Below are positions 36,680 to 46,187 of a stretch of DNA of 64,000 nt, in pieces. Made by a program: the position numbers and the translations under genes. Origin of the DNA: Pedosphaera sp. Lineage in GTDB: Bacteria > Verrucomicrobiota > Verrucomicrobiia > Limisphaerales > SIBH01. Location of the stretch: the NCBI GenBank assembly GCA_031414955.1, contig JANOQV010000152.1, positions 1 through 64,000 on the forward strand, written 5' to 3'. Under the pieces are notes generated by a model. It was not told the DNA's origin and ran no database searches. It was given only the letters and a program-made list of their open reading frames with translations. Within the stretch, counting starts at the first letter, position 1. Every line of letters starts with the position of its first letter.

Positions 36680-39600
36680 ATGATGAATGTCGGGCTGTAC
36701 TTTCGCGGTTTGGGGATGCGTCGCGGCGAGTCCTCAAAGTTTCCCTCCTGCCATGCGGTGGTGAAGCCAAGTGGACTTCGCTGGCTGGCTTTGCTGATCG
36801 TTTGCTTTTCGAGCCTTGTCGCTCGCGAACTCAGCGCGGCGAACACGGCCCCGGTTGTCGATTCCGTTGTGGCCGTGACCGGCCCGTCGGTGCTGGTGGA
36901 TCATCCGTCGCTCTACAAATTCTACGTGCGGGATCAGGAAACGGCATCGAACAACCTGCAACTCAGTCTTACTTCCTCGAATCCTGCTTTGCTCCCCGCC
37001 TCGAATGTCGTCTTCCATTACTTCCTCTTCGATCCGGATGGCCAGCACTGGTACATGACGATGACGCCGGCGTTCGGCCAGACGGGGACCGGCACGGTGA
37101 CGGTGAATTTTAGTGACGGCACCAACATCACGTCCACGAACATCACCTTGACCGTCAGCCCGCCACCATCCGGCGGAGCCAGGTTCGCGAACTCCACTCC
37201 GATTGGTATCCCGTTGGCTGCCGGACCGGCCACGGTGTATCCCTCGACGATCAGCGTCTCGGGGATGAGTGGCACGACGACCAACGTGACGGTGTCGCTG
37301 AGACGGTTTAGTCACGAGTTTCCCGGGAACGTCCACATGATGCTGGTTTCGCCGACCGGGCAGAAGTCCGTCTTCTGGTCCAAATGCGGACGGGGCACGC
37401 AAGTGACGAATGTGAACGCGACCATGACGGACCGCGCGTTCGACTTTGCCCCCCTCCCGGATGAATTCGAGATCTGGTCGGAACAATTCCGCCCCACGGA
37501 TCGGGCCGGGACCTGGGACTCCATCACTAATAATTTTCCGGCGCCAGCGCCGGCTCCGCCCTATCCGCCCGTGCCCCTGTCGGAAGCCTTCTACACCGCC
37601 TTCAACGGTGCGTCTCCGAACGGCACCTGGTCATTGTATGTGTACGACGATACCACCGGAGCTCAGGGCAGCATCGCGGGTGGCTGGAGTCTGATGGTCT
37701 TGACGGCCGGGGCGGTGAACCAGTCCCCGACCATCAGCGACATTGGGAATCAAGCCACGACGACCAACGTGCCAACGGCGGCGATTCCATTCACCATCGG
37801 CGACGCCGAGACCCCCGCCGCCAGCCTCACGCTGGGCCGGGCTTCCTCAAACACGACGCTCGTGCCGACGAACAACATCGTCTTCGGTGGCAGTGGCGCC
37901 AATCGTACTGTGACCGTCACCCCCGCCGCCGGCCAGACTGGCACGGCGACCATCACGGTCAGCGTGCGCGACGGCACGAACACCACGAGCGATGATTTTC
38001 TCCTGACCGTGACCCAGTCGAACACGCCGCCAACCATCAGCACCATTGCGAATCAGTCTACGCCCGAAGATGCCCCCACGTCTGCCATCGCCTTTACCAT
38101 CGGTGACTCGGACACTCCATCTGCCAGCTTGACCCTGAGCAATGCCTCGTCCAACACGACGCTTGTTCCCACGAACAACATTGTCTTCGGTGGTAGCGGG
38201 AGCAATCGCACCGTGACCGTCACGCCGGCCACCAATTTGAGCGGCAGCGCGACGATCACGATTACCGTGAGCGATGGACTGTTGAGCCGGAGCACGAACT
38301 TTGTGCTGACGGTCACCCCGGTGAACGACGCGCCGGCGATCAGCGATATTCCCGATCAACTCACGGCCACGAATGTGGGCACGGGGCCCATTGCCTTCAC
38401 CGTGGGCGACGTGGAGACGGCGGCCGGCAGCCTGACGCTGCTCAGGGCCTCCTCGAACACGGGGTTGGTTCCGACCAACAACATTGTCTTCGGCGGCAGC
38501 GGCGGCAATCGGACGGTCACGGTGACACCTGCGACCGGACAGAGCGGGCAGTCCACAATTTCGGTGACGGTGCGCGATGGGACCAACAACACCACTGACA
38601 CTTTTGTCCTCACGGTCGTGGCGCCGGGGGCCAATCAGCCGCCCACGATTGGAACCATCCCCAACCAGACAACCATCATCGATCAGCCGACTTACCCGTT
38701 CCTGCTGGTGATCGACGATCCGGAGACGGCCAAGGTGGATTTGCGGATGACCGCCACTTCCTCGGATCAAAGCGTGGTGCCGAACGCGAACATCTTTTTC
38801 GGCACCTTCACGCCCAACCAATACCTCACGGTGACGCCCGCCTTCGGCCGGGCCTCGGGCACGGCCACCATCACGGTGAACGTGAGCGACGGCACGAACT
38901 CCGCCAGCACCAATTTCTTGTTCACCATCAATCCGCCGCCGACGGGCTGGAGCCGATTTGCGAACACCAACGCGGTCAGCATCCCGGACTCGGGGGTGGC
39001 TTCGCCTTATCCGTCCACCATCAACGTCTCGAGCATGGGCGGCACCATCGCCAACCTGGAACTGACCATCAGCCGGTTCAGCCACCAGTTCGTGCCCGAG
39101 GTGGACATGCTGCTGGTTTCGCCCTCCGGACAGGAAGTGATGCTGATGTCCGGCGTTGCCGAGGGTCGCGGCGTTTCCAACTCCACCATCACGCTCACGG
39201 ACAGTGCGCCTTTCCCGTTACCCCAATCCTTCGATATCTGGCCGCAGCCTTTGCAGCCGACGGACTGGATTGGCACCAATGTTCTGCCCTCGCCGGCGCC
39301 AGCCCGGCCCTACGGTGCCACGGCCATGTCCACATTTAACGGGTTGTCGGCCAACGGAAACTGGACGCTCTACGTCAATGACCGATTTCCGGGGGCCTCG
39401 GGCACGATCGCCGGCGGGTGGAGCCTGCTCGTCGCCACCACGGGTGGCAATGCCTCCGCGCCTTCCATCAGCGACATCCCCAATCAGACCACCGTCTCAA
39501 ACGTGCCCACGGCGGCCATTCCCTTCATCATCACCGATCCGGACACGGCGCTGGGCAGCCTGACCTTGCTGCGGAGTTCCTCCAACCCGACGCTCGTGCC

Positions 39601-42600
39601 GACGAACGGCATCGTCTTCGGTGGCAGTGGCAGCAATCGCACCGTGACCGTCACGCCGGCGGCCGGGCAACTTGGCACGGCTACCATCACCGTGACCGTC
39701 AGCGATGGCACGAACACGGCGAGCGACAATTTCTTGCTGACCGTGAACCAGGCCAACACCCCGCCGAGCATCAGCACCATCGCCAACCAGAGCACGCCCG
39801 AGGACACGGCCACGGCGGCCATTCCGTTCACCATCGGTGACTCGGGCACTCCGGTGGACAGCTTGGTGCTGACCAAGGCTTCCTCGAACACGGCACTGAT
39901 TCCGACCAACAACATTGTCTTCGGCGGCAGCGGCAGCAATCGCACCGTGACGGTCACGCCGGTGACGAATCTGAGCGGCAGCGCGACGATCACGATCACG
40001 GTGAGCGACGGCCTGCTCAATCGCAGCACGAACTTCGTGCTCACGGTCACACCGGTGAACGATGGGCCGGTGATGAGCGACATCCCCGATCAGGCCACCA
40101 TCGCCGACTCCTCGACCGCTCCATATCCATTCACTGTCGGCGACGTGGAGACGGCGGCCGGCAGTCTGACCCTGGCGGCCGGTTCGTCGAATCCCTCCCT
40201 GGTCGCCACCAACAATGTCATCTTTGGCGGCAGCGCCAGCAACCGCACCGTCTCGGTCACGCCCACCGCCGGGCAGACCGGCCAGTCATTGATCTTCGTG
40301 ACCGTGGGCGATGGAGCCAACGAAACCACCGACACCTTCCTGCTCACGGTCAATCCGCCGGGGGCCAATCTCCCGCCGACGATTTCGGATGTGACCGATC
40401 AGGTGATCGACGAGGACGGCACGACTGGGGCGCTGGCTTTCACGATTCTTGATCCCGAGACGCCCTCCGCCAGCCTGACCCTGAGCCGTGGCTCGTCGAA
40501 TCCGGCGCTGGTGCCGACGAACAACATCGTCCTCGGCGGCAGCGGGGCCAGCCGCACCATGACGATTACTCCGGCGGCCAATGTCAGTGGCGTGTCCACC
40601 ATCACCTTGACCGTGGGGGACGGCACGAACCTCACCAGCGACTCCTTCCTCTTGACGGTCAACGACGTGAACGACGCGCCCTCCACCACGGGTATCGCCA
40701 ACCAATCCACCATCATTGGCGTGCCGGTCGGTCCGTTGAATTTCACGATTAATGATGCGGAGACGCCTGCGGCCAGCCTGGTCGTGGACAAGGCTTCTTC
40801 GGATGAAACGCTGGTGCCGCTGGGCAACATCGTGTTCGGCGGCAGCGGCAGTAATCTCAACCTGACCGTGACCCCCGCCCCCGGTCTGACCGGCACGGCC
40901 GACATCACGCTCTCGGTGAGCGATGGCACCAACACGACCAGCACGAACTTTATTCTCACCGTCTCGGTGGGAATCGTCAGCACCATTTCCTTCACCAATG
41001 GCGCGATGCTGACTCTTTCCAATGCGCTGCCTGGTCCGGCTTCCGTTTATCCCTCACCCATCCACGTCTCGGGCCAGTCCGGTCTGGTGACCAACGTGAC
41101 GGTGATGTTGAGGAACATCACCCATGCCTGGACGCGTGACATCGATGTCGTGCTGGTGGCACCCAACGGGCGGGCCGTGATCATGATGTCCGACGGCGGC
41201 AACGGGGCCGCCAACGGCGTGACCCTGACGCTCTCCGATGCCGCGCCTTCCTCCGTGCCGCAAACGGCGCTCACGACCGGCACTTTCCGTCCGGCCGACG
41301 CCGCGCCGGCGGATGTGTTCCCGCTGCCCGGTCCGGGCGCACCGTTCTACACGGTGCTTTCTGCGTTCAAGAACCAGGGACCGAACGGCACCTGGGCGCT
41401 CTATGTGCAGGACGACGGCACGAATGATCTGGGCCGGATCACGGATGGATGGACTTTGACCCTGACCACGATTTCGGATCTCAGTCTGGCGCCGGAAATC
41501 TCCGCCCCTGCCAACGTCATCATCTCCGAGGAAGGAACGACCGGCCTGCTCGACTTCACCGTGGGGGATGCGGATGACGATGTGGCCACGCTGGCGGTGA
41601 CGGCGATTTCCTCGCATCCGGCTTTGATCTCGACCAACAACATCGTGCTCGGGGGCAGCGGGGCCAATCGCACGGTGAGCGTGACGCCCACGACCAACGC
41701 CACCGGCCCGGTCACCATCTGGCTGACCGTGAACGACGGCACCAACACGGCTTCGACTAATTTCCTGGTGACCATGACCGGCATCAATGACGCGCCGACC
41801 ATCACCGGCATCACCAACCGCACGGTCAACGAAGACCTCGCGACCAGCGCGATCAGCTTCACCATCATCGACGTCGAGACCCCGGCGGCCAGTCTCCAGT
41901 TGAGCAAGGATTCCTCGGATCCCGTGCTCGTGCCGATCAGCAACATTGTCTTCGGTGGCAGCGGCAGCAATCGCACCGTGACGGTGACGCCGGCTGCCAA
42001 TCAGAGCGGTTCCGCGATCATCACCCTGACGGTCAGCGACGGTACCAACAGCGCCACGACCAATTTCCTGCTCACGGTCAACCCGGTGAACGACGCGCCG
42101 GCCCTCACGGGCGTGGGCGACCAGACCATCGATGAGGACATCGCCACGCCGCTGTTGAACTTTCTCGTGGGCGACATCGAGACCGAGGCGGCCTCGCTCC
42201 TCGTCACCAGGGGTTCCTCGAATCCCGCCCTGGTGCCTGCGAGCAACATCGTCTTGGGCGGGTCGGATTCGAATCGCACGGTGGTCGTGACGCCGGCTCC
42301 GGACGTGAGCGGCACGGCGACCATCACGCTGACCGTGAGCGACGGGACGAACACGGCCAGCACCAACTTCGTGGTGACCGTTCTGCCGTCGAATGACGCT
42401 CCCACGGTTTCCGGCATCGCCGACCAGACCATTGATGAGAATGGGGCCACGGGGTTGTTGAACTTCACGGTGGGCGATGTGGAAACGCTGGCGGCCGATC
42501 TGGCGGTGAGCGGCGACTCTTCCAATCCCAGCCTCATACCGGTGGGCAACATCGTCCTCGGCGGGGCGGGGGTCGGTCGCACCGTGCAGGTGACGCCGCT

Positions 42601-43516
42601 GCCCGGGCAGAACGGTTCGGCCATCATCAGCCTCATCGTCAGCGACGGCACCAACAGCGCGAGCACCAATTTCCTGCTCACGGTGAACGGGCTGAATCAC
42701 GTTCCGACCATCACCGGCGTGGGCGACCAGGCGGTCGATGAGGATGGCGTGAAAGGTCCGCTGGGCTTCGAGGTGGCGGATGGAGAATCGCCTGCGGCCA
42801 GCCTGACCTTGATCGGCAGTTCCTCCAATCCCTCGTTGGTCCCGAGCAATAACATTGTCTTCGGCGGGGCGGGGTCGAATCGCACCCTCACGGTGACACC
42901 TGCGGCGCACGCAAACGGCACGGCCACCATCACCGTGGCGGTGAGCGATGGGACCAACACCGCGACGACCAACTTTGTGCTCACCGTCAATCCGGTGAAT
43001 GATGCGCCGACCATTGGTTCCGTGGCGGATCAGTCCGTGCTCACGAATCTCTCGACCGCCCCGTTCAGCTTCGTGGTGGGAGATCGGGAGACGGCGGCCG
43101 GGGCACTGACCTTGATCGGTGGCTCCTCCAACCCGGCCCTCGTGCCCACCAACAGCATCGTGTTTGGCGGCACGGACTCCAACCGGACGGTTACAATTAC
43201 CCCGGCGACGGACGCCGAAGGTGCCTCGACGATCACCCTCTCCGTCAGTGACGGTACGACCAATGCCAGCACTAGTTTCGTACTCACCGTGTTTGCGGGG
43301 CCAAAACTCAAGTTCCTGGGCCGCGATGGCAATGGCGACGCGGTACTGGAACTGAGCGTCATTCCTTTGCGCGACTACACGATTCAAGGCGGCACGAATT
43401 TCGCGGACTGGGTGCCACTGGGGGTTGTGCAGTCCACGAACTCCACCGTGATCTTCACGGATACGAATACTTCGATGCGGGCCTTCCAGTTCTACCGGGC
43501 CAGGCTGGAGCCATAA
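36680..43516 (+). CDS. Large secreted repeat protein: about 16 Ig/cadherin-like repeats, three P-domain-like modules and C-terminal FYR module
   Basis: Signal-peptide-like WLALLIVCFSSLVARELSA; ~100-aa repeats P.IS.I.NQ...FT.GD.ET..SSN..LVPTNNIVFGGSG.NRTVTVTP..VSDGTN..TNF.LTV; no catalytic motif recognised; start could be ATG 36716. Confidence 0.87.
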   Translation: MMNVGLYFRGLGMRRGESSKFPSCHAVVKPSGLRWLALLIVCFSSLVARELSAANTAPVVDSVVAVTGPSVLVDHPSLYKFYVRDQETASNNLQLSLTSSNPALLPASNVVFHYFLFDPDGQHWYMTMTPAFGQTGTGTVTVNFSDGTNITSTNITLTVSPPPSGGARFANSTPIGIPLAAGPATVYPSTISVSGMSGTTTNVTVSLRRFSHEFPGNVHMMLVSPTGQKSVFWSKCGRGTQVTNVNATMTDRAFDFAPLPDEFEIWSEQFRPTDRAGTWDSITNNFPAPAPAPPYPPVPLSEAFYTAFNGASPNGTWSLYVYDDTTGAQGSIAGGWSLMVLTAGAVNQSPTISDIGNQATTTNVPTAAIPFTIGDAETPAASLTLGRASSNTTLVPTNNIVFGGSGANRTVTVTPAAGQTGTATITVSVRDGTNTTSDDFLLTVTQSNTPPTISTIANQSTPEDAPTSAIAFTIGDSDTPSASLTLSNASSNTTLVPTNNIVFGGSGSNRTVTVTPATNLSGSATITITVSDGLLSRSTNFVLTVTPVNDAPAISDIPDQLTATNVGTGPIAFTVGDVETAAGSLTLLRASSNTGLVPTNNIVFGGSGGNRTVTVTPATGQSGQSTISVTVRDGTNNTTDTFVLTVVAPGANQPPTIGTIPNQTTIIDQPTYPFLLVIDDPETAKVDLRMTATSSDQSVVPNANIFFGTFTPNQYLTVTPAFGRASGTATITVNVSDGTNSASTNFLFTINPPPTGWSRFANTNAVSIPDSGVASPYPSTINVSSMGGTIANLELTISRFSHQFVPEVDMLLVSPSGQEVMLMSGVAEGRGVSNSTITLTDSAPFPLPQSFDIWPQPLQPTDWIGTNVLPSPAPARPYGATAMSTFNGLSANGNWTLYVNDRFPGASGTIAGGWSLLVATTGGNASAPSISDIPNQTTVSNVPTAAIPFIITDPDTALGSLTLLRSSSNPTLVPTNGIVFGGSGSNRTVTVTPAAGQLGTATITVTVSDGTNTASDNFLLTVNQANTPPSISTIANQSTPEDTATAAIPFTIGDSGTPVDSLVLTKASSNTALIPTNNIVFGGSGSNRTVTVTPVTNLSGSATITITVSDGLLNRSTNFVLTVTPVNDGPVMSDIPDQATIADSSTAPYPFTVGDVETAAGSLTLAAGSSNPSLVATNNVIFGGSASNRTVSVTPTAGQTGQSLIFVTVGDGANETTDTFLLTVNPPGANLPPTISDVTDQVIDEDGTTGALAFTILDPETPSASLTLSRGSSNPALVPTNNIVLGGSGASRTMTITPAANVSGVSTITLTVGDGTNLTSDSFLLTVNDVNDAPSTTGIANQSTIIGVPVGPLNFTINDAETPAASLVVDKASSDETLVPLGNIVFGGSGSNLNLTVTPAPGLTGTADITLSVSDGTNTTSTNFILTVSVGIVSTISFTNGAMLTLSNALPGPASVYPSPIHVSGQSGLVTNVTVMLRNITHAWTRDIDVVLVAPNGRAVIMMSDGGNGAANGVTLTLSDAAPSSVPQTALTTGTFRPADAAPADVFPLPGPGAPFYTVLSAFKNQGPNGTWALYVQDDGTNDLGRITDGWTLTLTTISDLSLAPEISAPANVIISEEGTTGLLDFTVGDADDDVATLAVTAISSHPALISTNNIVLGGSGANRTVSVTPTTNATGPVTIWLTVNDGTNTASTNFLVTMTGINDAPTITGITNRTVNEDLATSAISFTIIDVETPAASLQLSKDSSDPVLVPISNIVFGGSGSNRTVTVTPAANQSGSAIITLTVSDGTNSATTNFLLTVNPVNDAPALTGVGDQTIDEDIATPLLNFLVGDIETEAASLLVTRGSSNPALVPASNIVLGGSDSNRTVVVTPAPDVSGTATITLTVSDGTNTASTNFVVTVLPSNDAPTVSGIADQTIDENGATGLLNFTVGDVETLAADLAVSGDSSNPSLIPVGNIVLGGAGVGRTVQVTPLPGQNGSAIISLIVSDGTNSASTNFLLTVNGLNHVPTITGVGDQAVDEDGVKGPLGFEVADGESPAASLTLIGSSSNPSLVPSNNIVFGGAGSNRTLTVTPAAHANGTATITVAVSDGTNTATTNFVLTVNPVNDAPTIGSVADQSVLTNLSTAPFSFVVGDRETAAGALTLIGGSSNPALVPTNSIVFGGTDSNRTVTITPATDAEGASTITLSVSDGTTNASTSFVLTVFAGPKLKFLGRDGNGDAVLELSVIPLRDYTIQGGTNFADWVPLGVVQSTNSTVIFTDTNTSMRAFQFYRARLEP

Positions 43517-43615
43517 GCAGCGGCAAGATTGGCGTGAGCGCCGGGCCGAAGCCCGGGCTGGCTTGGCGCAGAACTTTCTCGCTCCCGTCCGCGGGGCGGG
43601 TTCTATTTCCCGCCG

Positions 43616-44395
43616 ATGCTTGCGAAACGAGTCATTCCCTGTCTGGACGTGCATGGCGGCCAGGTCACGCGCGGAGTCCAGTTCGGACGCGCCGAGGCCG
43701 GCGAACTGCGCAATGTGGGCGATCCAGTCGAGCTGGCCGTGCGCTATAACGAGCAAGGCGCGGATGAGATGGTCTTCTTCGACATCACGGCCAGCGCGCA
43801 CGGGCGCGCGACCATCATCGATGTCATTGAGCGTACCGCCGATCAATGCTTCATGCCGCTGACGGTCGGCGGCGGCATTCGCACTGTGGAGGATATGCAC
43901 CAGATGTTGCGGGCCGGGGCAGACAAGGTGAGCATCAACTCCTCGGCCCTCGCCACGCCGGAATTGATTCGCGGCGGCGCGGAAAAATTCGGCAGCCAGT
44001 GCATCGTCGTTTCGATTGATTGCAAGCGCGTCGCGCCGGGGCGTTGGGAAGTCTTCTCCCACGGCGGACGCAAATCCACCGGCCTTGAAACCGTGGAGTG
44101 GGCGCAGCGCGCGGTGGCGCTCGGTTCGGGCGAGATCGTCCTGAACAGCATCGACGCCGACGGCACCAAGGCCGGCTTCGATCTGGAAATCACCCGGCGG
44201 GTGAGCGAGTCGGTCGGGGTGCCGGTCGTGGCCAGCGGTGGAGCCGGCAGCCTCGATCACATGGCCGATGTGCTGGAAAAGGGCCGCGCCGACGCCGTGC
44301 TCGCCGCGAGCATTTTTCACTTTGGCACTTATACCGTGGGCGAGGTGAAGCATTTTCTTGCCGCCAGAAAAATTCCAGTGCGCATCGTTGGCTGA
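43616..44395 (+). CDS. hisF: Imidazole glycerol phosphate synthase subunit HisF
   Basis: [38 protein letters not shown] and [11 protein letters not shown]. Confidence 0.97.
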   Translation: MLAKRVIPCLDVHGGQVTRGVQFGRAEAGELRNVGDPVELAVRYNEQGADEMVFFDITASAHGRATIIDVIERTADQCFMPLTVGGGIRTVEDMHQMLRAGADKVSINSSALATPELIRGGAEKFGSQCIVVSIDCKRVAPGRWEVFSHGGRKSTGLETVEWAQRAVALGSGEIVLNSIDADGTKAGFDLEITRRVSESVGVPVVASGGAGSLDHMADVLEKGRADAVLAASIFHFGTYTVGEVKHFLAARKIPVRIVG

Positions 44396-44697
44396 AGCTC
44401 CGGCCATCGCGTGACCGCCGTGATTCGCTGGATGCATCAGCGAAAGGAGCGCCGGGCATGGCTCGGCCTCCGGGGAAATGTCGTTCCATCATGCCAGCTC
44501 AACGAGCATGTCCAGGTTGCACAGCTTCATTTTGCTCAGAGCCGGTCGCGTTTGGACATTGCTGATCAAAAGCAACGACCGTTGTGCCACCGACCATGAC
44601 GCCATTGAGAGTGCCGATAAGCGCAGTCCTGATGAGTGGGGCGAGATGGACGAAGCAACATCGAATTTGAGCCGCAACTTGCAAGCCTCAAGCGCAC

Positions 44698-46182
44698 TTA
44701 CGCCAGCACGCCTTTCACCACTTCGCTGCCCGGTTTGGTCACATTGGTCAGGCGCATGTTCACGCCGGAAACCGGGTAGGTGAACTTCAGGTGATCGTAG
44801 CCCAGCAGGTGCAGCATGGTGGCGTGCCAATCGTGGACGGAAACCTTGTCGATGACGGACTGGTAACCGAACTCATCCGTCTCGCCGAAGCTGAAGCCGC
44901 GCTTCACGCCGCCGCCGGCCATCCAGAGCGTGAAGGCTCCGGGATTGTGATCGCGTCCGATTAACTTCATCTCCATGCCGCTGCGGTTCTCGCGCATCGG
45001 GGTGCGGCCGAACTCTCCGCTCCACACAATGAGCGTGTCGTCGAGCAGACCGCGCTGCTTGAGATCCGTGATGAGGGCCATGAGCGGGCGGTCCACGCCC
45101 TTGCACTTGTCCTTGAAGCCGTGCCCCAGGGCTTCATTTTCGCCCGCGCCGTGGCTGTCCCAGCCCCAGTCGAAGAGTTGGACGTAGCGCACGCCGCGCT
45201 CGGCCAGACGGCGCGCGAGCAGGCAGTTGTTGGCAAAGGACTCCTTGCCCGGCTGTGTGCCGTAAAGTTCGTGGATGTTCGCCGGCTCCTGCTTGAGATC
45301 GAAGGCGTCGCTGGCGTTGACCTGCATGCGGAAGGCCATTTCGTATTGCGCGATGCGGGTGATGGTTTCGGGGTCGCCGGTTTGCTTCGCTGTCTGCTGG
45401 TTGATTTCGTTGAGCGCGTCGAGCGTGCGGCGGCGCAGGTCGCGGGTGATGCCCGGTGGGTTGGAGAGGAACAAAACCGGATCGCCCTGTGAGCGGCACT
45501 GCACGCCTTGATACACCGATGGCAGAAAGCCCGAACCCCAGACCGACTTGCCTGCATCCGGATTCTTTCCGCCGCTGGTCAGCACGATGAAGCCAGGGAG
45601 GTTCTGATTCTCCGAGCCGAGCCCGTAAGTCGCCCACGCGCCCGCGCTGGCCCAACCGGGATTCTGCGTGCCGGTGTGCATGAGCAATTGCGCCGGGCCG
45701 TGATTGAACTGGTCCGTGAACATCGACTTGATGAAGCAAACCTCGTCCGCAACTTTCGCGAACTCGGGCAGGCGGTCCGAAATCCACTGGCCGCTCTGGC
45801 CGTGCTGCTTGAAGGCATATTGTGGCCCGAGCATTTTGGGCACGCCTTGGATGAAGGCGAACTGCTTGCCCTTGAGGAACGATTCGGGGCAGTCCAGGCC
45901 ATCCATCTTCGCCAGTTCCGGCTTGTAGTCGAACAGCTCGTGCTGGCTCGGCGAGCCGGCCATGTGCAGGTAGATCACGCGCTTGGCTTTCGCCGGCAAC
46001 GGTGGCGCGCTCGGTAACAGTGGACGCGCGGGATCGCGCTTGAGCGCGCCCTCTGCGCCCCACGCCCGGCCGGTGAGGCTCGCGAACCAGAGCGCGCCGA
46101 GTCCGGTGGTGCAGTCGCGCAGGAAGTGGCGGCGGGTCTTGAGCAGCAAGGAATCGTGGTGAAACTGGTGGTGGAGGTTCAT
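44698..46182 (-). CDS. DUF1501 family protein
   Basis: TRRHFL; KAKRVIYLHMAGSPSQHELFDYKP, CLLARRLAERGVRYVQL, WDSH, GEFGRTP and GRDH. Confidence 0.92.
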   Translation of the reverse strand: MNLHHQFHHDSLLLKTRRHFLRDCTTGLGALWFASLTGRAWGAEGALKRDPARPLLPSAPPLPAKAKRVIYLHMAGSPSQHELFDYKPELAKMDGLDCPESFLKGKQFAFIQGVPKMLGPQYAFKQHGQSGQWISDRLPEFAKVADEVCFIKSMFTDQFNHGPAQLLMHTGTQNPGWASAGAWATYGLGSENQNLPGFIVLTSGGKNPDAGKSVWGSGFLPSVYQGVQCRSQGDPVLFLSNPPGITRDLRRRTLDALNEINQQTAKQTGDPETITRIAQYEMAFRMQVNASDAFDLKQEPANIHELYGTQPGKESFANNCLLARRLAERGVRYVQLFDWGWDSHGAGENEALGHGFKDKCKGVDRPLMALITDLKQRGLLDDTLIVWSGEFGRTPMRENRSGMEMKLIGRDHNPGAFTLWMAGGGVKRGFSFGETDEFGYQSVIDKVSVHDWHATMLHLLGYDHLKFTYPVSGVNMRLTNVTKPGSEVVKGVLA

Positions 46183-46187
46183 GGCAT

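Noticed and set aside
27600..43290. Recurring DNA motif (aacaacatcgtcttcggcggcagcggcagcaatcgcaccgtgac-like) as a possible CRISPR array or DGR repeat
   Set aside because: Copies are ~300 bp apart, in frame and vary mostly at synonymous sites; they are protein domain repeats; no cas or reverse transcriptase gene in the window
41054..44437. 1127-aa minus-strand ORF
   Set aside because: Antisense shadow across the repeat protein and hisF, expected from codon bias
44396..44697. Short ORFs between convergent hisF and the DUF1501 gene
   Set aside because: No convincing start, motif or codon pattern
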